Shown: positions 29,229 through 37,783 of the stretch, in pieces | How the letters are laid out: every line of letters begins with the position of its first letter | Position numbering within the stretch: position 1 is the first letter of the stretch | Assembly (NCBI GenBank): GCA_963817615.1 | Contig: CAWFPH010000002.1 | Location: forward strand, 1,305,959 to 1,369,958 | DNA from: an uncultured Gammaproteobacteria bacterium | Lineage (GTDB): Bacteria > Pseudomonadota > Gammaproteobacteria > Steroidobacterales > Rariloculaceae | Direction: 5' to 3' | DNA: 64,000 bases | Program-made: the position numbers and the translations under genes | Notes under the pieces: generated by a model | What the model saw: the letters and a program-made list of their open reading frames with translations, nothing else | The model's database searches: none | Told to the model about the DNA's origin: nothing

Positions 29229-29627
29229 TCAGGCGGGCAGCCGCTTGACCGCAATCGCTTCGATTTCGATCAGCAGCTCGGGAGCTGCGAGCCCCGCCAC
29301 GTAAACGGTCGTCGACGTGGGTCGATGCGTGCCGAAATGCCGCTCGCGCGCTGCGCGCAGTTGTGCGAAGTCCTGCCCCGGGAGCAGGAAGACCGAGAGC
29401 TTCACGACCGCGTCGATGTCGAGCTGTTGCGCTTCGAGGCAGCGGCGTAGATTTTCGAACGCGACGTCCGCTTGCTCGGCGAACGCCGCGGGGACGGACC
29501 CGTCCGCACGCATCCCGACTTGTCCCGAGACGAACACGAGCGCGGTGCCGGCCGGCACTACGGCCGTGTGCGAGTAAGGGCCTGCCGGCGCGTGCACGCT
29601 GGCGGGATCGATGAATGTCGCTGCCAT
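29229..29627 (-). CDS. RidA/YjgF family protein
   Basis: GPYSH, VFVSGQVG, AARERHFG, PTST, LLIEIEAIA. Confidence 0.9.
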   Translation of the reverse strand: MAATFIDPASVHAPAGPYSHTAVVPAGTALVFVSGQVGMRADGSVPAAFAEQADVAFENLRRCLEAQQLDIDAVVKLSVFLLPGQDFAQLRAARERHFGTHRPTSTTVYVAGLAAPELLIEIEAIAVKRLPA

Positions 29628-29768
29628 GTTTTCCCCTGCGACGTTCGACGTTGCGGCCCGAGGCGTCGACGCGGGTCACGCCGCTGCATCATGGCGACTC
29701 GGAGTGGCCTTGTCATGCGCGGGGGCCAAATGCATGGAGTCCGACCGTCCGGACTATGGGTGGCCGCG

Positions 29769-30191
29769 TCAGCCTGCGGCGAGCGCTCGGCCGCGGCCTA
29801 CGACGCCGCGCGCAAGCCGGCCGCCGCAGAGCACGGCCGGCGCCGCGGGCAGCGCGACCGCCAGGTTGTACCACCACGGCAGATTCGACCATTCGGCGTA
29901 GAGGTGCTGGTAGGCGAGGTAGAGGCCGATCAGCGCGGCGAGCGCCCACGATGCCTCGAGCCGCTTCCCGACGACGGCGCTCAACCAACCGGCGCAGATC
30001 TCGGCAAGCGCCCAGAACAGCGCATTGAGCACCGACATCGGCGCCGAGAACGAGTAGATGTGCGCGTTGAACCATTCGCGGCCGTGAACGGCATAGTCGG
30101 GCCATGCGCGTGCGAGCAGAATTCCAAGCGCAAGGAACGTCGCCATCCAGACCGCCGCACCGATCACGACTCCGAACGCGCTGCGCAGCAT
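29769..30191 (-). CDS. 4-TM membrane protein, unknown function
   Basis: AGGAG RBS, four hydrophobic segments, P-x-WY motif before the last helix. Confidence 0.7.
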   Translation of the reverse strand: MLRSAFGVVIGAAVWMATFLALGILLARAWPDYAVHGREWFNAHIYSFSAPMSVLNALFWALAEICAGWLSAVVGKRLEASWALAALIGLYLAYQHLYAEWSNLPWWYNLAVALPAAPAVLCGGRLARGVVGRGRALAAG

Positions 30192-30292
30192 CGCTTACTC
30201 CTACGCTGGACCTTCCGGCCGCCGCTCATCGTGCAAGGGCTCGAGCCGTTCAGTTGGATGCCGTGACCGTGCACGCTCGTCTCGACGCGCAG

Positions 30293-31072
30293 TCAACGGA
30301 ACAGCCGTCGGCCGAACCGCTTTACCGGCACGAACCAAACTTCATCTTTGATGGAGCGATACCATCGCGACTGCAATATTCGACTCAGGGCGGCCTTCCT
30401 CGGATCGCTCAACAAAGCCACGCGATGTCCCGACATCTCCCGGAACGCAACGAATGCGCGGCTGCGCGAAAGTGCCGCCAGGTAGCCGGACGCGTCGGCG
30501 TTCGTGAGCAGCAATTTGCCCGGTGCGATGGCGAACGGCAGGAGGTTGCGCGCCGACATGGCGCGGTTCGCGCCCACCGACACGTCGGGCCAATGCTCGT
30601 TGAAGTAGTCATCGAGAACGATCACGCCTCCCGGCTCGAGCACATCCGCGGCGAGGCAAAGATCGTGCTCCGTCATGGCCGCCGTGTGCGAACCGTCCAC
30701 GCTGAACAGGCGGATCGGCGGCAGCTCGGTGGCGGAGACCAGCGCCGAGTCGCGCTGAATCACGGAATAGCGACCGCCAAGGCGGTCGACGTTCCGCTCG
30801 AAGAGCACCCTATCGCCGTCGCCGGAGTGATCGACGTTGAGCGCCGAGTCGAACACGTCGATTGCGTAGGCATGGTCGCACAACAGGCTGAGCAGAATGA
30901 ACAGCTTGCCGTGGTGCACGCCGATCTCCGCCGCGTTACCACCGTCGCCGAGCATCGCGATAGCATCCGCCGCGACCGGGTGGAGCCACCCGTCCACGGA
31001 CGCCATTCCCCTTGCGAGGTATGCCTGGACGCTCGGCTTGCGCGCGCCGCGCGTGTCGACTGCATCTTGCAC
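30293..31072 (-). CDS. class I SAM-dependent methyltransferase (Methyltransf_24-like)
   Basis: GGAG then GTG. VDGWL, AEIGVHHGK, AIDVF, RLFSVDGSH, GGVIVLDDYFNEHWPDV. Confidence 0.83.
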   Translation of the reverse strand: MQDAVDTRGARKPSVQAYLARGMASVDGWLHPVAADAIAMLGDGGNAAEIGVHHGKLFILLSLLCDHAYAIDVFDSALNVDHSGDGDRVLFERNVDRLGGRYSVIQRDSALVSATELPPIRLFSVDGSHTAAMTEHDLCLAADVLEPGGVIVLDDYFNEHWPDVSVGANRAMSARNLLPFAIAPGKLLLTNADASGYLAALSRSRAFVAFREMSGHRVALLSDPRKAALSRILQSRWYRSIKDEVWFVPVKRFGRRLFR

Positions 31073-31342
31073 GTTTTCTCCGCGGCAGGCGCCGCTCCCG
31101 GCATTCCGATGCATGCAGCGACGGGCTCCGGGCCGCGGTGACGCCGACAGTACGCTCAGGGCACGCAGCGCATACTGCCACGAGCATATGTCGTGACCAA
31201 GCTCATTGCGGTAGTCGGCAGGGCTCGCCGCGGCGAGGGTGTCGGCGCCGAGCGCGGCCGGTCTCGCGAGGCGCGGTTTGCATTCGCGTGCGGTGCTGCG
31301 GTAGGAGTAGCCGTGCACTCCGTATCGAACGAGGACGAGCTC

Positions 31343-32521
31343 ATGAGTAAGCAGTCGCACGATGTCGGCAGCGCGATGATCAAGCGTCGCGAATTCCTCG
31401 CGTCCGCGGCATTGCCTCTGGCGGCGGCGCTCGCACCGGGCGCGTTGTCCGCGCAACCGCGCCGGCGCTCGAGTAGTGCGGGGCGCGCCAGGATCCGCGT
31501 CGGCATCGTCGGCGCGGGCGGCATCGTGGGTACGGTGCACATTCCCGGTCTGCGCAAGATGCCCGGTGTCGAGATCGTGGCGGTTGCAAACCGCTCGCTC
31601 GAGTCGAGCCGGCGGGCCGCCCAGGAGTTCGGGATTCCGCACGCGTACTCGGACTGGCAGCAGCTGCTAGCGGCCGACGGCATCGACGCGATCTTGATCG
31701 GCACGTGGCCGTACATGCATCGGACCGTGACGCTCGCCGCGCTCGACAGCGGCCGTCACGTGCTTTGCCAAGCGCGCATGGCGAACGATGCGGCGGAGGC
31801 GCGCGACATGTTGGCTGCATCGAAGCGCCACTCGCAGCTCGTCTGTCAGCTAGTGCCGACATCGGGTAGCTACCGCATCGACCGCGTGCTTCAGGGCCTG
31901 CTCGCGGATGGCCGGATCGGCGACGTGCTGTCGGTGGAGGTGCAGATGCTGCAGCGCTCCTTCGCGGACTTCGGCGGCGAGATGGATTGGCGCCACGATC
32001 CGGAGTACAGCGGCATCAACGTGCTGAACGTCGGCGGCACGTACGAGTCCGCGATGCGTTGGCTCGGGCCGGGCGACCGCGTGATGGGCATGACGCGTGT
32101 GCAGATTCCGACGCGCCGCGACGAGCGCGGCGCGGAGAGACGCGCCGTGATCCCCGATCACGTCGAAGTGCTCTACGAGCTCGGCAACGGTGCGCCGGTG
32201 CACATGAAATTCAGCGAGACGACGGGCCTGTCGCGCGGCAACGAGATCTGGATCTACGGCAGCGAGGGCACGATCCGCGTCGACGACCGGCAGAACGTGT
32301 TCTTCGGCAAGCGCGGCGATCAGGCGCTCGCGGAGTATCCGAATCCGCCCGCGTCGCAGGCGCACCACCGCGTGGAAGAGGAGTTCGTGAACGCGATCCG
32401 CGGCATCGAGCCGGTGAAGATGAATACGTTCGAGATCGGCGTGCAGTACATGGAGTGGACCGAAGCGATCTATCGCAGCGCCGAGTCGGGCGCGGCCGTG
32501 AAGCTGCCTCCGGCGGCCTGA
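31343..32521 (+). CDS. Gfo/Idh/MocA family oxidoreductase with Tat signal
   Basis: KRREFL twin-arginine signal, RVGIVGAG Rossmann motif, IDAILIGTWPYMH, HVLCQARMA (canonical CEKP), IYGSEG. Confidence 0.88.
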   Translation: MSKQSHDVGSAMIKRREFLASAALPLAAALAPGALSAQPRRRSSSAGRARIRVGIVGAGGIVGTVHIPGLRKMPGVEIVAVANRSLESSRRAAQEFGIPHAYSDWQQLLAADGIDAILIGTWPYMHRTVTLAALDSGRHVLCQARMANDAAEARDMLAASKRHSQLVCQLVPTSGSYRIDRVLQGLLADGRIGDVLSVEVQMLQRSFADFGGEMDWRHDPEYSGINVLNVGGTYESAMRWLGPGDRVMGMTRVQIPTRRDERGAERRAVIPDHVEVLYELGNGAPVHMKFSETTGLSRGNEIWIYGSEGTIRVDDRQNVFFGKRGDQALAEYPNPPASQAHHRVEEEFVNAIRGIEPVKMNTFEIGVQYMEWTEAIYRSAESGAAVKLPPAA

Positions 32522-32666
32522 GCCGGCGGACGGCGGCGCGTGCGATACGCGGCGGGCGGCTCGGCAACGAACGTCCCGTTCACGTAACGATCGAGCTCGC
32601 GGCTCGAGTCGGGCGGCACGGCGTCGCTGTCACGGCGAGGTCGAGCAGCGGATCGGTCACCGCTGC

Positions 32667-33842
32667 TCAGCGTTTCCAGAGCCGCCGGCTCGCGAGCGCT
32701 GCGCCCTCGGCCAGCGCGTCGAGCTTCGCCCACACGACGTCGACCTGCTGGCGCGCCAGCCCCGCGCCCTGGGCGAAACCGCAGTCGCTGCTCGCCATCA
32801 CGTTCTCGCGGCCGACGAGATTCGCGAGCCGCACGAGCCGCTGTGCGATCAGCTCCGGATGCTCGACGTGCGTGATCGCATGGCTGATGCAGCCCGGCAG
32901 CAAGATTTTGCCGTCCGGCAGCTGCGTCGTTTCCCACACCGTCCACTCGTGCTCGTGGCGCGGATTCGCGGCTTCGATCGAGTAGCCCTGGGCATGGATC
33001 GTGAGCAACAGATCCGCGATCTCGGCGAGCGGCACGTCGCTCACGTGCGGCCCCGTCCAGCTGCCCCAGCACAAGTGATAGCGCACGCGATCCTCGGGGA
33101 TGCCGCGCAACGCGTGGTTCAGAGCCGCGATGTTGAGCTCGACCCACTTCCGATAGTCGCGGCCGCTGTCCACGACTGCGTCGTGGAAATTCGTGAGGAT
33201 CGCGTCGTCGACCTGCAGCAGTAGCCCGGCGTCGACGATGATTCGGTACTCCTCGTGCTGCGCGTCGGCGAGCGCGAACAAGAACGCCTCTTCGGACTGG
33301 TAGTACTCGTTCGCGTAGCTCGGTGCGATGCTGCACGGCGCAGCTACGGGCAGGAACGCATCCTGCACCGCTCGACCGCGGATCGCCGCCGCGAGATTGG
33401 CCGCGTCGCGCCGCATCGCCGCGCGGCCTTCGTCGGTGTACCCGATCGGGCCGACGCACACCCATTGCTTCAGCGGAAAGGTACGAGCCATCCTGTTGCG
33501 CAGGGCACCGAGACTTTCCTCGTAGTAGTGGCGGAATCGCTCGCGGTCGTGGCCGAGAAACTTCGTGAAGTCGGGGTCGTCGCGCAGCTCGAAGCCCGTG
33601 AGCCGGTTCAGGGAATAGCCGGTCCACGACACCTTGCCGAACTCGCCGTCGCTCACGACGTCGACTCCGTGCGCTACCTGGTCGCCGACGACGTTTGCAA
33701 CCTCGTCGCGGAGGGTCTTCTCGTACGCCGCCGTGTCGACCGTTTCACCGGCTGCGAGCGCCGGACCGTAGGACAGGACGCTCTGCGGGCGAATCAGGCT
33801 GCCGACGTGGGTCGTGAGGATACGCTCGGTGCTGCGTTGCAT
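32667..33842 (-). CDS. cobalamin-independent methionine synthase II family (single-barrel, Zn thiol alkyl/methyltransferase)
   Basis: RILTTHVGSL, VSDGEFGK, LQVDD, YHLCWGS (HxC), IEAANPRHEHEW, SSDCGF. Confidence 0.9.
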   Translation of the reverse strand: MQRSTERILTTHVGSLIRPQSVLSYGPALAAGETVDTAAYEKTLRDEVANVVGDQVAHGVDVVSDGEFGKVSWTGYSLNRLTGFELRDDPDFTKFLGHDRERFRHYYEESLGALRNRMARTFPLKQWVCVGPIGYTDEGRAAMRRDAANLAAAIRGRAVQDAFLPVAAPCSIAPSYANEYYQSEEAFLFALADAQHEEYRIIVDAGLLLQVDDAILTNFHDAVVDSGRDYRKWVELNIAALNHALRGIPEDRVRYHLCWGSWTGPHVSDVPLAEIADLLLTIHAQGYSIEAANPRHEHEWTVWETTQLPDGKILLPGCISHAITHVEHPELIAQRLVRLANLVGRENVMASSDCGFAQGAGLARQQVDVVWAKLDALAEGAALASRRLWKR

Positions 33843-34265
33843 GGCCTTCCCTCTCTCGGTCTTCGTCTCGAATCGCCGCGGCGTGCAATCGCCGCACTCG
33901 GCAAGGCGTTGCGCGTCGTGGTCGACGCTCGGCGCGAGCGATCCTACACCGCCGCCGTCGCGCGCTCGACGCGTACTTGCGGCGAGCACGACCCCTGGGC
34001 GACGATGCTCGCTCGCCACGATTCGGCGGGGAGTGGGCCATTCGAACGACATCGGTCGTTTCCGCAATAGCACTGGCGGCACTCGCCAACGTCGGCTTCG
34101 CGCGGCTCACCGGCATCACGCCCGGGATCATCGGCACGAGCCGCCGCTCGAAGGCGCGCCGCGCCGACACGCCCGCGAAGCGGCACGGGTGATGGTCGTG
34201 CCGCCGCCGCGGGGCGGGCACCGCGCGAGAGAATCGGCTCGTCGCGCGTCTTAGGGGGAGGCGCC

Positions 34266-35363
34266 ATGCCTAGTTCGCATCGTCGTGTTGCCGGCATCGC
34301 AGCCGGCGCGATCTTCGGCCTGCTCGGTCCCGCGCTTGCGCTCGCGCATCACTCGACGGCCGAGTACGACGCGAAGACGATCGTGGAGGCGCGCGGTGAG
34401 GTCGTCGCGGTGCTCTGGCGAAATCCCCACGTGCGCTTTCAAGTCAGCACGAAAAAGATCGACGGCAACGATCGGCTCTGGGAGATCGAGAGCGCCGATC
34501 TCACGCGGCTCGACCGCGCGGGTTTGCCGCGCGACATCTTGAAGGTCGGCGACGTCGTCACGTTCGCCGGCAATCCATCGAAGCGAACCGAGCGCCGCCT
34601 GTACGTGACCAACTTGCTGGTTCCCGACGGCCGCGAGATCCTGCTGCGCGGCAACGTCCAGGCGCGCTGGGCGCCCGACCGCGTCGTGAACACCGATCCC
34701 GCACCGCAGCCGCGCGCGACCGCAGCGGCCGCCGCATCGAGCGCGCCGCAGGACGGCTTCCTCGATAGAGTCTTCGTGCCGATGCGCGCGGGCAAGGCGC
34801 CGGCGTGGGTCGCCCAACCGCCGCTCACGGCCGCGGCTCGCGAGAAGCAAGCGGCCTACGACGAGGTCGTCGACGATCCGGTGCTCGGCTGCGTTTCGCC
34901 CGGCATGCCGCGCGTCATGCTGCGCAGCGGCCCATATGCGATCCGATTCATCCGGCGCGGCCCCGACCTCGTGCTGCAGAACGAGTGGTTCGAGATCGAT
35001 CGGCTGATCCACATGGACGGCCGGGAGCCGGCCGCCGGCGCGCCGTACACGCCGCTCGGCTATTCGGTAGGCCGTTGGGACGGCGCCGCGCTCGTCGTCA
35101 CGACCACTCACATCGATTGGCCGTACTTCGAGCTCTACGGGCTCGTGGGCGTCCCGCAGAGCCGTGCGATGCGCATCGTGGAGCGGTTCACGCCGAGCGA
35201 CGGCGGCGCCACCCTGCAATACGACTTCGCCGCGACCGACCCGGCCGCGTTCACGGAGACGGTCGCGTATGACGACTACGCGACGTTCCGCTGGCAGCCC
35301 GCGCTCGAGTTCCTGCCGTACGACTGCATCGAGACGGAGCGCAAGGCGCGAAGTCCGCGCTGA
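34266..35363 (+). CDS. DUF6152 plus partner-domain fusion protein (module A+B fused)
   Basis: ALA/HHSTAEYD...WRNPH...WEIE...RAGL, then DDPVLGCVSPGMPR, GYSVGRWDGAALVVTT, IVERF, DPAAFTE, YDCIE. Confidence 0.86.
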   Translation: MPSSHRRVAGIAAGAIFGLLGPALALAHHSTAEYDAKTIVEARGEVVAVLWRNPHVRFQVSTKKIDGNDRLWEIESADLTRLDRAGLPRDILKVGDVVTFAGNPSKRTERRLYVTNLLVPDGREILLRGNVQARWAPDRVVNTDPAPQPRATAAAAASSAPQDGFLDRVFVPMRAGKAPAWVAQPPLTAAAREKQAAYDEVVDDPVLGCVSPGMPRVMLRSGPYAIRFIRRGPDLVLQNEWFEIDRLIHMDGREPAAGAPYTPLGYSVGRWDGAALVVTTTHIDWPYFELYGLVGVPQSRAMRIVERFTPSDGGATLQYDFAATDPAAFTETVAYDDYATFRWQPALEFLPYDCIETERKARSPR

Positions 35364-35563
35364 GCTCGCTCCGTCGCCGCCACTGCCGGGCCGCATGCCG
35401 CCGCGTAGGCGTGGCTCGTCACGTTCTCGATAGATCGACGCGGCTGTCTCCACGACCGGCTCTCGCAGCTGCCGCCGGACGCCGGTCGGTCGACGTCCGG
35501 AAAGCGATCCTTCGGGCGCCGCGACGTCGTGGGGCCGCCTCAGCGACGAGAAGCTCGTCGGTG

Positions 35564-35590
35564 TGTCGATTTCGGCCGGGCTGGTTCGAC
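35564..35590 (+). promoter_or_regulatory. ECF42-type sigma promoter upstream of the DGPF/YciI gene
   Basis: TGTCGA-N17-CGAC, 40 nt upstream of ATG. Matches the reported ECF42 motif (TGTCGA / CG[AT]C) found before DGPF-protein genes. Confidence 0.7.
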
Positions 35591-35629
35591 GACTACACGA
35601 AATCCACTCAACTCCAGGGGAGTCAGGCC

Positions 35630-36001
35630 ATGCGATACATGATGTTCATCAAGCACACCGAGGATTACCGCCACGAAGAAGTACCCGCGGCGTTGTTCGA
35701 GGCCATGGGCGCGTTCGTCGGGGAAGCGATGAAGAGCGGCGCGATCGTCGACACGGCCGGCTTGCAGCCGACCGCGAAGGGCAAGCGCGTGCGGCTCGCG
35801 CGCGGCAAGATCACCGTGATCGACGGGCCGTTCACCGAGTCGAAGGAAGTGATCGGCGGATACGCCCTGGTCGAGGCGAGCTCACAGGCCGAGGCGCTTT
35901 CGCTCGCGCAGCGGTTCATGGATTTGCACCGCATCCACTGGCCGAAGTTCGAAGGCGAATGCGAGGTTCGGCCGCTCGAAGCGATGGAGCCCGCTCAGTA
36001 G
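35630..36001 (+). CDS. YciI/DGPF-domain protein
   Basis: MRYMMF, GLQPT, VIDGPFTESKEVIGGY, EVRP. Confidence 0.92.
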   Translation: MRYMMFIKHTEDYRHEEVPAALFEAMGAFVGEAMKSGAIVDTAGLQPTAKGKRVRLARGKITVIDGPFTESKEVIGGYALVEASSQAEALSLAQRFMDLHRIHWPKFEGECEVRPLEAMEPAQ

Positions 36002-36067
36002 CGCGCTGCGGCGGGCGGTGCGCACGGCAGGTGCGCTCCGCCTACCGCTTCCCGCGCGCAGCGGCCG

Positions 36068-36877
36068 TCAAGATCCGGCGACGGTTGCGATCGGAACGAG
36101 CACGGTGAGCTTCAAGTCACCGCCGTGCGCGACGCGCAGCGTGAATTGCTCGTAGGCGATGCGGCCGCGCCGCGGGTGCTCGAACTCACGCCGGCCGCCG
36201 TCACGGGACAGCACGCTATGCGAGCGCCACGCGTTCGCGAACTCGGCGCTCGCCGCGGCGAGCTCCCGCACGAGCCCCTGCCGCACGCGATCGTCCCGCG
36301 CGCCGGCCGTGTCGGCCCGGTACTCCGCCACGAGCCGATGCGCGCGCTCGGACCAGTTGACGATGAATGCCTGCGCACGCGGTGCGAGGAACACGAAGCG
36401 TAATAGATTGCGCTCCACGGGCGCGCCGTCGTGGGCGCGGCCGAGCCAGTCCGTGAACAACGCGGCCGCGCCGCGGTTCCAGGCGACCGCATCCCAGTGC
36501 CGATCGAGCACGTAGGCCGGCGTGCGTACCGCGGCGACGAGCCGCTCGAGCGGCTCCCGAGCCGCGTGCTGCACCGCGGGCGGCGCGGGATCCGCGCGCG
36601 CGGCGAGCTCGAACAGATACGCCCGCTCCGCTCGCGACAAGCGTAAGCCGCGCGCGATCGCCGCGAGCGTGGGCACCGACACCGAGGTGGTGCGGCCTTG
36701 CTCGATCCACGTGAACCACGTCGGGCTGATGCCGCAGAGCTGCGCGGCTTCTTCGCGCCTGAGCCCCGGCGCTCGGCGCCGCCGGCCGGTCGGCAAGCCG
36801 AAGTCCTCCGGCCGCAGCCGGTCGCGGTGCGCACGCAGGAACTCGCCGAGCGGTCGCCGTTCGTTGGGGGCTGGCAT
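36068..36877 (-). CDS. XRE-HTH / MmyB-like transcriptional regulator
   Basis: LGEFLRAHRDRL-x-PEDFGLP-x-GRRRRAPGLRREEAAQL, TWIEQGR, PAYVLDRHWD, NLLR. Confidence 0.93.
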   Translation of the reverse strand: MPAPNERRPLGEFLRAHRDRLRPEDFGLPTGRRRRAPGLRREEAAQLCGISPTWFTWIEQGRTTSVSVPTLAAIARGLRLSRAERAYLFELAARADPAPPAVQHAAREPLERLVAAVRTPAYVLDRHWDAVAWNRGAAALFTDWLGRAHDGAPVERNLLRFVFLAPRAQAFIVNWSERAHRLVAEYRADTAGARDDRVRQGLVRELAAASAEFANAWRSHSVLSRDGGRREFEHPRRGRIAYEQFTLRVAHGGDLKLTVLVPIATVAGS

Positions 36878-36959
36878 GGGCTAATAGGATAACTGCCTAA
36901 CTGGTACCAGGATAATAGTCCGAGCAGCCTATCCGTCCCGATCACGAGGAGACGCCACT

Positions 36960-37739
36960 ATGCGCTCGCACGACCGCGCCGTTCTGGAGCAATTCGATCC
37001 CCGCGCCGCCGCGTATCTCGCGAGCGCGGTGCATGCCGCCGGTCCCGATCTCGAGCGGGCGCGGACCCTCGTGCAACAGGCTTTACCGTCCACGGCGGCG
37101 CTGCTCGACGTCGGCTGCGGTGCCGGCCACTTGAGCTTCGCAGTGGCCCCGTCGCTCGCCCGCGTCGTCGCGGCGGACCCGTCGCCTGCGATGCTCGCGA
37201 CGACCGAGGCAGCGGCGCGGCAGCGCGGGCTCGGGAACATCGAGGCGGTGCGCACGGGCGCGGGGGCGCTACCGTTTCCGGAGGCGGCATTCTGCACCGT
37301 TGCGAGCCGCTACAGCGCCCATCATTGGAACGACGTGCCGGCGGCGCTGCGCGAGATGCGCCGCGTCGTGAAGCCCAACGGCTATCTGCTGCTGATCGAC
37401 CTGCTCGGCGTCGAGTCGCCGCTCGTCGACACGCACCTGCAGGCGATGGAGCTGCTGCGCGACCCGAGCCACGTGCGCGATCTCACGCCGACCGAGTGGC
37501 GCGCGCTGATCGAGCGCGCCGGGTTCGAGCTGATCGAGCATCGAGTTTGGCCGACTCGGATCGAGTTCCGGCCGTGGATCGAACGCATGCGAACGCCGCC
37601 GGAGACGGTCGCGGCGATCAGGCGTCTCCAAGAGGCCGCGCCGCGGGAGGTGTGGGACGCGCTTGCATTCGAGCCAGACGGCACGTTCACCGCGCAGACG
37701 GGGCTGTTCTGGGCACGTGCCCCAAGCCGCGGTCCGTGA
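36960..37739 (+). CDS. class I SAM-dependent methyltransferase (YafE/UbiE-like), divergent from the MmyB regulator
   Basis: AYLASAVHAAG, LDVGCGAGH, LPF, SRYSAHHW, ELLRDPSHVR, WIERM. Confidence 0.9.
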   Translation: MRSHDRAVLEQFDPRAAAYLASAVHAAGPDLERARTLVQQALPSTAALLDVGCGAGHLSFAVAPSLARVVAADPSPAMLATTEAAARQRGLGNIEAVRTGAGALPFPEAAFCTVASRYSAHHWNDVPAALREMRRVVKPNGYLLLIDLLGVESPLVDTHLQAMELLRDPSHVRDLTPTEWRALIERAGFELIEHRVWPTRIEFRPWIERMRTPPETVAAIRRLQEAAPREVWDALAFEPDGTFTAQTGLFWARAPSRGP

Positions 37740-37783
37740 ACGTGCTCGGCCGAGCCTACTAGCGCACGGTCGCCGAACGCGGC

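Noticed and set aside
32522-32666. Long intergenic gap with faint similarity to 35415-35450, possible REP element or sRNA
   Set aside because: Similarity is short and gapped and no repeated unit recurs elsewhere. Likely chance in GC-rich DNA.
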